This document shows, piece by piece, positions 31,360 through 40,001 of a stretch of 55,980 nt of DNA. Within the stretch, counting starts at the first letter, position 1; every line of letters starts with the position of its first letter. Made by a program: the position numbers and the translations under genes. The notes beneath the pieces were generated by a model. It had not been told where the DNA came from. It saw only the letters and a program-made list of their open reading frames with translations, and searched no databases. This DNA is from Vulcanimicrobiota bacterium (GTDB lineage Bacteria; Vulcanimicrobiota; Xenobia; Xenobiales; JADMJV01). The DNA is taken from contig JBFWNU010000011.1 of NCBI GenBank assembly GCA_050250895.1, forward strand, positions 66,487 to 122,466, in the 5' to 3' direction.

Positions 31360-32300
31360 TCCAGCTGGCTAAAGTCGGGCTTCCAGTCGCCAGGCCCCAG
31401 AAAGTCTCTGACCACTTCCTCAAGATCGACGCCGAGCTCGGCGGCCGCCCCAAACCCGGCGTCCGTCCACACGGCCGCCTTGACAAAGGGCGCCAAAAAG
31501 CGCTTCCGCTCACTGAGCACCAACACCAAGACGCGAGCCAATTCATAGGCCTTCTCCGAGGTGTCGGTCTGCTCAAACCCGCAGCCATCCCAGAAGGACT
31601 GCAATCCGTGCTTTTGCCAGAAGGCCCTCTGATTCACGGCCGTATCGCGCTCGGTCCTGGGGGCATGACCCAGCATCCCCTCCATCACCTGGCAAACGCC
31701 TTCTTCGAGCCAAAGAGGTAACCGGCTCGGCGCCAACAGATTGTGGGTCATCTCGTGGACGATGACCGGCTCGAGTCGCCACAACTCTTGAGCATACATC
31801 GCCATATGCATGTAGCCGTGGGAGAGAAACCCGCCCGCCATCGGAGCCGATTCTTGATTGCTGCCGTAGCCCGACATATAAGCGTGCAAGGCCTCGGAGT
31901 CGTCAAACAGCAACAGCACATGGAACCCTGCGTCTTGCCATCGCTCTGCATTGTCCAGTATGGAAATCACCCGGCGGCGGGTATGCTCGAGCATCTCGTG
32001 CAACCAGCCGGTGCGCCGGTCGGACAAGGCGCTCAGGACCAGAAAGTGGCTCGAGGCGGTGAACTGGTAGGGCTCGCCCAGGTGATCCACCAGCTTTCGC
32101 AGCCAGATCCTGGCAGCATCATCCCATACCTCAACTCGCCCAGGATGATCTTGGTCGAGCCTGTCGGCGATGGCTTTCCAGTCGGGCCGCGGAAAGAAGT
32201 CTCTCTCTGCAAAGAAAGGGTCCAACTCCTCGGGCTTGAGCAACTGACAATCCACCGAAACGGGAGTAGGGAGCAACCTCTTGAAAAGCCTGGCAAACAC
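31356..32300 (-). CDS. Hypothetical protein with gluzincin-like motif
   Basis: VHEMTHNLL...PLWLEEG. Confidence 0.65.
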   Translation of the reverse strand: MFARLFKRLLPTPVSVDCQLLKPEELDPFFAERDFFPRPDWKAIADRLDQDHPGRVEVWDDAARIWLRKLVDHLGEPYQFTASSHFLVLSALSDRRTGWLHEMLEHTRRRVISILDNAERWQDAGFHVLLLFDDSEALHAYMSGYGSNQESAPMAGGFLSHGYMHMAMYAQELWRLEPVIVHEMTHNLLAPSRLPLWLEEGVCQVMEGMLGHAPRTERDTAVNQRAFWQKHGLQSFWDGCGFEQTDTSEKAYELARVLVLVLSERKRFLAPFVKAAVWTDAGFGAAAELGVDLEEVVRDFLGPGDWKPDFSQLD

Positions 32301-32351
32301 CCGCGCGTAAGATTCTAGCGATCTTTAAGGACCTCCTGGCATACTGGTGCC

Positions 32352-32999
32352 ATGGTCATCGGGTCAGTCGCTTCTATCTATCGTCGCCTGCAAGTGCACA
32401 GCCTGCCGGCAACCTCCAGTGCCGACCCCGTCGACACGGTCAGTCTGGGTCAACAGGCCCTGGCCTATGTCCAATCCCTTGACCTGGCCTCGACCACCCG
32501 TGGCTATCTGCCCACTGAAGCCCAGAAAGAAGCCGACGCGCGCCTGTCCCAGGTGCGCCAGGCGGCCTCTACCGGCACCACTGCCTGGGAGGCGATCCAG
32601 CGCTCGGCCGCGGCTGCCGAAGAGCACCGGGCGGGCAACTGCGGCGAGATGGCCGACCTTGCCTATCGCGAACTCAAGAATCGCGGAGTCGACAATCTGG
32701 CCTCGGTGACGGCCGAATCGCGCAACAAGTTCTACGGCATTCCCAAGGCCAACCACGGTTTCGTGGTAGCCGGCCTGGCCCCCGACGCCGACATCGCCCG
32801 CCCCGAGACCTGGGGCGATCAGGCTCTGATCGTCGACCCCTTCCACGACTTCTGCGGCCCCGCCGAAGAAGGCCTGGCCAAGGTGCGCGCCTACATGGAG
32901 CGCTGCGGCTGCGAGCAATTCTCGCTGCAAGACTCCGTCGTCAAAGGCCGCGGCGAGCAAGACGAACTGGCCTGGAACAACCTGCGCACCCGCCTGTGA
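32352..32999 (+). CDS. Putative Cys-His-Asp enzyme (HopX/XopE-like motif)
   Basis: AGNCGEMA...NHGFVV...IVDPF. Confidence 0.6.
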   Translation: MVIGSVASIYRRLQVHSLPATSSADPVDTVSLGQQALAYVQSLDLASTTRGYLPTEAQKEADARLSQVRQAASTGTTAWEAIQRSAAAAEEHRAGNCGEMADLAYRELKNRGVDNLASVTAESRNKFYGIPKANHGFVVAGLAPDADIARPETWGDQALIVDPFHDFCGPAEEGLAKVRAYMERCGCEQFSLQDSVVKGRGEQDELAWNNLRTRL

Positions 33000-33016
33000 T
33001 CTGCTAGAGTGGGGCT

Positions 33017-33772
33017 ATGAAATGCGGAGTGTGCGGGCAAAGCTGGGCCTGGTCGAAGACCGAACTGTCCGCCCTCGAAGACCGGCTGCGCCTATCGCCA
33101 GGCTGGTCCCACACCGGCAAGGGCTGGACGGCCAACTACTCCAAGACCTGGGCTTGCAGCCATTGCATCGCATCTGGCTACGCCATCGCCGCCGACCCGG
33201 CCGAACAAGACAGCGGGGGCTATTCTCCGACGTTTCTGGCCTATTGGAACAAAGACAGGGTCTGCGCTCACTGCGGTAGCGGCTACGTTTTTGGAGCTGA
33301 GGAGCAACGGCTCTGGTATGAGCAACTCAAGTTCCACACCCGTTCTCAGCCTATCGGCTGTGTGGCCTGTCGAAAGCGATTGCGCCGGTCCAAGGTCGCC
33401 CACAAACGCATCGGCGAGGAGCTGCGCGCCCTCAATCCGGCCGACTGGGAACAGTTGGCCAGAATTGGACGCCTCTATCTGGAGGCCCAGGTCAGGGCTC
33501 AAGCGGTAGAGTTCCTACGGCGGGCCAAGAATCGCTGCCCGGAACCCACCGCCCGCGCCAGACTCGTCGAAGAGATCGAGCTGGCAAGGACCATGACCTT
33601 CCAGCCCCTACCGGCCCGGCAATTCAGGTATCTAGGAATGATGACCAGGCGCAGCCCGCCCAGCGAAGCCCGCGAACGCATGAAACTAGCCCGGCCGATT
33701 CTCAGCGACGAAGGCCGCCGGCGGGCCCAGGAAATCCTCTCCAGGTGGTGGGCCCTTCGCCAAAAACAGTAG
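33017..33772 (+). CDS. Zinc-ribbon domain protein with a TPR-like helix pair
   Basis: DRVCAHCGSGYVFGAEEQRLWYEQL...PIGCVACR plus N-terminal CxxC pairs. Confidence 0.7.
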   Translation: MKCGVCGQSWAWSKTELSALEDRLRLSPGWSHTGKGWTANYSKTWACSHCIASGYAIAADPAEQDSGGYSPTFLAYWNKDRVCAHCGSGYVFGAEEQRLWYEQLKFHTRSQPIGCVACRKRLRRSKVAHKRIGEELRALNPADWEQLARIGRLYLEAQVRAQAVEFLRRAKNRCPEPTARARLVEEIELARTMTFQPLPARQFRYLGMMTRRSPPSEARERMKLARPILSDEGRRRAQEILSRWWALRQKQ

Positions 33773-34579
33773 CGGCCGCGCCAGATCGTCGTTGTAGCAG
33801 CTGCGCAACTCGACCCGGCCCAGGTGCGGCGCCGAGCGTTCGGTCCGGCTCTCGTACTCCAACTCGACCGCCAGCCCTTGTCGGTCGGCCATCAAAGCAG
33901 CCAGCTCTGGCCGCGACATCAGCCGGTCGCCCCACACGTGCCTTAGCCCCGCCATGCCCGAGCGAGCGAATGCCCAGACGCGCTCGGCCGCTTGCTCGGT
34001 CCAGACCACCGAGCGATACTCGTCGCGCACGATGGTCATGGGCAAGCCTTTGGCGTGGCGATAGCGCAACCAGTCAAAGTGACCGCTTCGCCCGTTGTAA
34101 GACGGCCCCACGCACAGCGGCAGCCGCAAGATCAACGCCTCGGGTCGGGACCGGGCCACCAATTCTTCGGCGGCCACGCGGGTGCAGCCATAGAAGCTGA
34201 TCGGCTCGGGCGGCGAGTTCTCGTCATAGGGCCCACCCTCACCCCCGAAGACATGGTCGCTCGAGACATAGACCAGGCGGCAATCCGCCGGCAGGTGCTC
34301 GAGCACGTTCTGGGTTCCAACCACATTGACCCGGTGGGCGAACTTGGGGTGCTTCTCGCACTTGTCCACCTTACAGATAGCCCCACAGTGGACTACCACC
34401 TCGGGTCGATGCTCGGCCATGGCCTGCTTGACCGCCGGACCGTCGCCCAGGTCCAGTGGGATGAACCCGTAGCAACCCGGCCTGCGCGTGCTCGGACTGC
34501 AAAAGCCGACGGCTCCCTCCAGCCGCCGAAAAAGCGGCCAGCCGGCCATCGAGTTAGCCCCGAGAATCATGACTCGCAT
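33686..34579 (-). CDS. RmlD-like extended SDR (sugar-nucleotide reductase family)
   Basis: MILGANSMAG, VDKCE, VNVVGT, VSSDHVFGG, PISFYGCTR; the canonical YxxxK is YxxxR here. Confidence 0.8.
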   Translation of the reverse strand: MRVMILGANSMAGWPLFRRLEGAVGFCSPSTRRPGCYGFIPLDLGDGPAVKQAMAEHRPEVVVHCGAICKVDKCEKHPKFAHRVNVVGTQNVLEHLPADCRLVYVSSDHVFGGEGGPYDENSPPEPISFYGCTRVAAEELVARSRPEALILRLPLCVGPSYNGRSGHFDWLRYRHAKGLPMTIVRDEYRSVVWTEQAAERVWAFARSGMAGLRHVWGDRLMSRPELAALMADRQGLAVELEYESRTERSAPHLGRVELRSCYNDDLARPLLFLAKGPPPGEDFLGPPAAFVAENRPG

Positions 34580-34668
34580 CCGCTCCACTTCCTCTGCGCG
34601 GGGCTGCGCGACCTGCCGGTTTGGGGCCGAAAGAGGAAAACAACCTGGCCGCGAGGGAGTTCTATCCC

Positions 34669-35214
34669 ATGATGAAACGGCTGCTTTGCATCTGGTTGGG
34701 CCTTTGCTTGTTCGGTCCGGCCATGGCTCAAGAGAATCCCGAGGGCGCTTTTCGCTCGATCTTGCTCGACCTGGCCGGACGCGTCGCCACGCAAGGCGTC
34801 GATGCACCCGGCCCCTGGCGCGACATGCTCACGCCAGCCCAGCTCGAGCGCCTGCGCGGTCTGCGTTTGCGACCCGAACAGTCGGCCGTGCTGGTGGCCA
34901 CCATCAGCGAGTTCGCCCCTCGCTTGCTCGACGAGAAGGCGGACCCCACCGCCCTGTTCAACGAGTTGCAACCCCGGATGCTGGGCATTCTCGACCCCGA
35001 CCAGCGGGCTGTGCTCGAAGAGATCGATCTCAGCCCCCAACAGCTGCGCGACAGCGTCAACTGGATTCGCGGCATGGCGCTGGAGAGAGAGCTACCTTCA
35101 CAGGCCCGGGTGCTGTCCGACGATGTGCTGCGCAAGCTCCAGACCTCGCTACCCGAAGGCCACACCATGCTGCAAGAAGCCATCCGGGTGATGCTCGAAA
35201 AGACTGGCCGCTAG
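34669..35214 (+). CDS. Secreted hypothetical protein
   Basis: Signal peptide MMKRLLCIWLGLCLFGPAMA; GGAG RBS. Confidence 0.7.
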   Translation: MMKRLLCIWLGLCLFGPAMAQENPEGAFRSILLDLAGRVATQGVDAPGPWRDMLTPAQLERLRGLRLRPEQSAVLVATISEFAPRLLDEKADPTALFNELQPRMLGILDPDQRAVLEEIDLSPQQLRDSVNWIRGMALERELPSQARVLSDDVLRKLQTSLPEGHTMLQEAIRVMLEKTGR

Positions 35215-35215
35215 C

Positions 35216-36388
35216 TCATCCCGAGCGCGACCTCCGACCACGCACGGCGGCGTCGCGCGCGGCCTTCCACGCGGGCCGATTCGCAAAGTCTTTATCGTGC
35301 ACGTTGGCGTGGCAACCCGGACACAACAGCTCGAGGTCCTCCAGCCGATGTTGCCGGGTGTCGGACCAGGCCCGAACATGGTGCACCACCAGATTGCCGC
35401 CCGCGCACGAGCAACGTTCGCAGCGCCCGAAAGCACGGGCGTAGACCGCTCGCACCAGGCCCACCGGTAGTCCCGGCCGGCCCTTCGACGAACTCGGCAG
35501 CAGCGGCAATTGCTCGCTGGTACTTCCAGCTGGAAGTCCGGGCGAAGCGGCGGCCACCACGATGCCGGTTTGCTTCATGGCCTCGTCAACGGCCTCGGGC
35601 TCGGCCGGCAAGAGTCCCCGATCGGTATCATAAAAGCCTTCGCCGGTCACACCGTTCACGTGAACGATGACCTGGTGTCGCACTTTGCTGCGGTTGTCGG
35701 CTGAGGCGAGTAAAGCTCTGCTCATCTCGGTCACGGCCGTCTCCTTGCTGACTCGCTTGCCCTGGCGTGCCTCGACCATTCTCTTGGCCTGCTCATAGAT
35801 GGCATACTGTTCAGGAGTCATCAGCAGAACGACCTGCCTCAACTTCGGCACTGGGGGAACCGGCCTCGGCTTGGCGACGGGCTCTTTGGACTCGTCAGCG
35901 AGGCTCAACTCGGGTTCACTCTGGCGAGTTTCGAGGGCAGCTTTCAAGGCCTGGCCGCGTTTGTGCTGGGTGGGCGTCAGAGCCACGGCGCGCTCGACCG
36001 CCTGGGCCTTGTTCTTGAGGGCAAACTCGAGCATCTCACGTTCGTTCTCGGGAGTGGTGATCCGCTTGAGGGCACGGGCTTTGCTCCAACAGAGCTTCCC
36101 CTCGCGAAAGGCTTGCGAGATCAGAGGGAGTTGCTCGAAGACCTTGGCCAAACTGAGGAGTTCACCGGCCTTTTGGGGATGCAGCTTGAGGTGCTGGATG
36201 GCATAGCCGACCACGCTGCCACTGCCCATGTGGCGATAGAGTCCGCTGCGCTCGGTGGCCAACAGGTGGGCGGCCAGTTCCCACTCGCAGCCAAAGGCTC
36301 GCTGGCTGGCCTGGCGATTTTGCTGATGTAGCTCGTGGTGAGAGAGTTGTTGCAGTGCGTGGGAACGTTCCGAGAGAGTTGTAGACAT
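35216..36388 (-). CDS. DUF222-like/HNH endonuclease domain protein (390 aa), copy 2
   Basis: Colinear paralogue of 8655-9863 with long identical blocks; GGAGG RBS; same zinc-HNH C-terminus. Confidence 0.85.
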   Translation of the reverse strand: MSTTLSERSHALQQLSHHELHQQNRQASQRAFGCEWELAAHLLATERSGLYRHMGSGSVVGYAIQHLKLHPQKAGELLSLAKVFEQLPLISQAFREGKLCWSKARALKRITTPENEREMLEFALKNKAQAVERAVALTPTQHKRGQALKAALETRQSEPELSLADESKEPVAKPRPVPPVPKLRQVVLLMTPEQYAIYEQAKRMVEARQGKRVSKETAVTEMSRALLASADNRSKVRHQVIVHVNGVTGEGFYDTDRGLLPAEPEAVDEAMKQTGIVVAAASPGLPAGSTSEQLPLLPSSSKGRPGLPVGLVRAVYARAFGRCERCSCAGGNLVVHHVRAWSDTRQHRLEDLELLCPGCHANVHDKDFANRPAWKAARDAAVRGRRSRSG

Positions 36389-36428
36389 CAGCGACCTCCG
36401 AGTAGAAGAAGAATCAAGCAATGATCCC

Positions 36429-36457
36429 ATTTTACTCAACATAGCCACCCGAATCAA
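36429..36457 (-). promoter_or_regulatory. Putative sigma70-type promoter of HNH gene 2
   Basis: TTGATT-17 nt-TAAAAT, matching 8586-8614. Confidence 0.65.
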
Positions 36458-36684
36458 TGCAAAAAAACGGCTTGGTTACAGGGTTTCTCCGCCGCCTCCC
36501 AGGTAGCCGTCAGCTGAGACTTTCGCGGAAAAACGAGATTTGACAACCTGAACGGAACCGGGATGAATGGCCGCGCTCTTTATCGCTTTGTAGCGCGGTG
36601 TTTAGGGTCGAACTCCCTTTTCGCGGTCCTCTCAGCAGGTAGATGTTAGGAAATGACAACATTTCTTCGTCCACCCACCGCGGC

Positions 36685-37560
36685 AGCGACATCGGCCCCG
36701 GCGGGCAACTTCCAGCTTCGTGGGCGGCGGGGTCCCGCCGCTCTCACTGCGGGCCAGAACCGACTCGACAAAACTCGGCATCTTCCAGCTGGAAGTCGCT
36801 ACCAGGCCCGCTGCTCGCCGCGCCCACCACCAGCCGCAGGCCCGCGAGCGACTAGCGACATCGGCCCCGGCGGGCAACTTCCAGCTTCGTGGGCGGCGGG
36901 GTCCCGCCGCTCTCACTGCGGGCCAGAACCGACTCGACAAAACTCGGCATCTTCCAGCTGGAAGTCGCGACCAAGCCCGCCGCTCGCCGCGCCCACCACC
37001 AGCCGCAGGACCACGAGCGACCCACACAACAATAGCGACATCGGCCCCGGCGGGCAACTTCCAGCTTCGTGGGCGGCGGGGTCCCGCCGCTCTCACTGCG
37101 GGCAGAACCGACTCGACAAAACTCGGCATCTTCCAGCTGGAAGTCGCTACCAGGCCCGCTGCTCGCCGCGCCCACCACCAGCCGCAGGCCCGCGAGCGAC
37201 TAGCGACATCGGCGCCGGCGGGCAACGTCCAGCTTCGTTGGCGGCGGGGTCCCGCCGCTCTCATTGCGGGCCAGAACTGACTCGACAAAACTCGGCATCT
37301 TCCAGCTGGAACTCGCGACCAAGCTCGCCGCGCCCACCACCAGCCGCAGGCCCGCGAGCGACTAGCGACATCGGCCCCGGCGGGCAACTTCCAGCTTCGT
37401 TGGCGGCGGGGTCGCGAGGCTCTCGCCCCTCTCACCGCGGGCCAGAACCGACTAGACAAAACCGGCATCTTCCAGCTGGAACTCGCGACCAAGCCCGCCG
37501 CGCCCACCCACCAGCCACAGGGGCAGAACCGACTCGCGACCAGGCCCGCCACCCCGAGGC
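36685..37560 (-). repeat. Tandem array of five ~162-180 bp units upstream of HNH gene 2
   Basis: AGCGACATCGG unit starts at 36685, 36854, 37034, 37202, 37364; CTTCCAGCTGGAA at 36782, 36951, 37130, 37299, 37469; second dyad GCGGCGGG-GT-CCCGCCGC in the first four units. Confidence 0.95.
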
Positions 37561-37619
37561 CACGCCGCACGAGCGACCCACACAGGCCGAGCGCCGACAA
37601 GCCTATTTCAGGAACCCTA

Positions 37620-37648
37620 TTGACAGTCTAACTGTCAAACTGTAAAAT
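37620..37648 (+). promoter_or_regulatory. Near-consensus sigma70 promoter with overlapping palindromic operator
   Basis: TTGACA-17 nt-TAAAAT; TTGACAGT-CTA-ACTGTCAA at 37620-37638. Confidence 0.8.
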
Positions 37649-37677
37649 ACGAGCACACCACAAATCGAGGAGAAACC

Positions 37678-39957
37678 ATGAAGACTTTGCCGAATATCCT
37701 TTTCATCTCTGACTTTGAAGCCTCTGAGCTGAGTCTCGGGTTTCTCCAGTGCAGCAGCCAGCAACTGTTACCGCTCGACTGGATCCACTACCACGCCCGC
37801 CTCTCGGGCGCGGCTGCCTCGGTCACCGTCGAGCAGCAGTTCACCAACCGCCGCAACCATCCCATCGAGGCCCTCTACGTCTTCCCGCTCTCAGGCAACA
37901 GCGCGGTGCACCAGATGACAGTTACCATCGGCGAGCGGGTGCTCGAGGGTCGGCTGCAAGAGAAGAAGGCGGCCCGCCAGAGCTATGAGCGCGGGATGAA
38001 CGCCGGCCATCGGTCGGTGCTGGTCGAGCAGGCCGATGACAATGTGTTCAGGGCCAACGTCGGCAACATCCCGGCTGGCGAAACCGTCACCGTGTCCCTG
38101 ACCTACGCCGAGAAGCTCACCACCGCCTATGGCGAGACCGAGCTGCGGCTGCCGATGACCATCACCCCTCGCTGGTCTCCCGGTGGGGTCTGCTGGGGTG
38201 AAAAGCGCCAGAACACCCGGGCGCGCACGGCGGTCAGCATCGAGATCGATGGTGTGCCCACCAGCATGCGCAGCTCCCAGCACGCCCTGGTGGCCCGCCA
38301 TCACCAGGGCAAGGTCTGCCTCGAGTTCGACCGCGGGGTCGAACTGCTCGACCGCGACCTGGTGGTGCGCTACAGCCTGGCCGAGAGCAATCGCGCCTCG
38401 GCCCGGGCTCAGCGTTTCGGCGACCACTTCATGGTGAGCATTCATCCGCCCGTCGAGCAGGTCGCTCAACAGGTGGCTCGCGACGTGGTCATTCTCTTCG
38501 ACCGGTCCGGCAGCATGAGCGGTCACAAGATGACCAGCTGTCAGCGGGCCGTGATGGATTATCTCGAGCATCTCAACCCGCAAGACCGGTACCTCTTGGT
38601 GGCCTTCGACAATGCGGTCGAATACTTCGCTCAGGAGTTCCAGCCGGCCTGGACCGACGGTCGTCCCAAGCAGTGGGTGCAGGGCGTGCAGGCGCGGGGT
38701 GGGACCGACATCGGGCTGGCTCTGCAGGCTGCCTATCGGGCCAACTTCCATCCCGACCACCAGCCGGTGGTGGTGCTGATGACCGACGGTGAGGTGGGCA
38801 ACGAGAACGAGATCTACCGCATCGCCCAGGAGGCGGTCGGACGGATGCGCATCTTCACGCTGGGCATTGGCGCCACGGTCAACGACGCCTTTCTGCGCCG
38901 GGTGGCCGAGCTGGGGCGGGGTTCTTGCGAGCTAGTGACTCCGGGCGATGACCTCGAGCGCAGCGTGCGCCGGCTGGCGGCCGAGACCAGCACGCCAGTC
39001 ATCACCGACCTGGAAGTGTTCGGGGTCGGGCCCACCGTCAGCCATATCACCCCGGCCCGTCTGCCCGACCTGTACGCTGCGCGACCAGTGCATCTGACCG
39101 GCGCCATCCAGGGCGAAGGGCGGATCCGGGTGCAGGGACGGCTGGCGGGCAGCAGCCTGGTGTGGGAGGCCGAGGTCGAGCCCGAGCCGTGCGATAACCG
39201 CGCCATTCCCATCTTGTGGGCCCGCGATCAGGTGCGGCAGATTGAAGACGACCTGCGACTATCGGCCATCCGCGACCGCGCCGGGGCGGAGCGTCGTATC
39301 ACCGAGGTGGCTCTCGAGTTTGGCTTGATGACCCGCTTTACGTCCTTCGTGGTGGTGGACAAGGCCGAGGTGGTGGCGCCGTTCGGCTGCCAGACCGTGG
39401 TCCAGCCGATGGAACCGCTTAGGGCCGCGCCGATGGGGGGAATGCTGATGTGCCAAGCGATCTCGGCCGACGCCTTCGGCGCCCCGGCGCCCTGCGCCGA
39501 GACGAGTGGAGCACTGTTCGGCTCCTTCGAGTGTGAGGAGGCTCCAGCGGCCGACCTGTTCTCGGCAGCGCCAAGCCGTCGCCGTGGACTGATCCGTCCC
39601 GGCCTCGGCGGGGGCGCTCTGCGCAAGTCGATGCTGGGACACGCCAAGTCGGACGACAAACCCAAGCTCGAGCGGCGCCAGGCAGCCCCGAAGCAGGACA
39701 GCCCGGTGCAGGCGATGAGTCAAGCGATCGACCAGTATCTGGCTCAACGAATGACCGGTGCCGAACTGGTGGCCAGGCTGGCCGCCCTGCTGGTCTGGCT
39801 TAAGGCCAGCGGCGGCATCCCGCACGGCTTGCTCAAAGAAGGCGAAGAGCTGAGCCGCCAGCTAGCCGGCGGGGCCCCCAACGCCGATATGACCCTGACC
39901 CGATGGTTCCGCAAGGTGAAGCTAAGTCTGCACTCCGCCGGTTGGGCTATCTGTTAG
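37678..39957 (+). CDS. VIT and vWA domain protein
   Basis: VIT (QQFTN...IEALYVFPL); MIDAS DRSGSM, GGT, MTDG; FTSFVVVD; GAGGAG RBS. Confidence 0.9.
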   Translation: MKTLPNILFISDFEASELSLGFLQCSSQQLLPLDWIHYHARLSGAAASVTVEQQFTNRRNHPIEALYVFPLSGNSAVHQMTVTIGERVLEGRLQEKKAARQSYERGMNAGHRSVLVEQADDNVFRANVGNIPAGETVTVSLTYAEKLTTAYGETELRLPMTITPRWSPGGVCWGEKRQNTRARTAVSIEIDGVPTSMRSSQHALVARHHQGKVCLEFDRGVELLDRDLVVRYSLAESNRASARAQRFGDHFMVSIHPPVEQVAQQVARDVVILFDRSGSMSGHKMTSCQRAVMDYLEHLNPQDRYLLVAFDNAVEYFAQEFQPAWTDGRPKQWVQGVQARGGTDIGLALQAAYRANFHPDHQPVVVLMTDGEVGNENEIYRIAQEAVGRMRIFTLGIGATVNDAFLRRVAELGRGSCELVTPGDDLERSVRRLAAETSTPVITDLEVFGVGPTVSHITPARLPDLYAARPVHLTGAIQGEGRIRVQGRLAGSSLVWEAEVEPEPCDNRAIPILWARDQVRQIEDDLRLSAIRDRAGAERRITEVALEFGLMTRFTSFVVVDKAEVVAPFGCQTVVQPMEPLRAAPMGGMLMCQAISADAFGAPAPCAETSGALFGSFECEEAPAADLFSAAPSRRRGLIRPGLGGGALRKSMLGHAKSDDKPKLERRQAAPKQDSPVQAMSQAIDQYLAQRMTGAELVARLAALLVWLKASGGIPHGLLKEGEELSRQLAGGAPNADMTLTRWFRKVKLSLHSAGWAIC

Positions 39958-39972
39958 GCCCGACCGCCCCTC

Positions 39973-40001
39973 GGCCCCGGCGAAATGCCGGGGCCCTTTT
40001 C
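39973..40001 (+). terminator. Intrinsic terminator
   Basis: GGCCCCGGC-GAAAT-GCCGGGGCC followed by CTTTT after the vWA gene. Confidence 0.75.
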
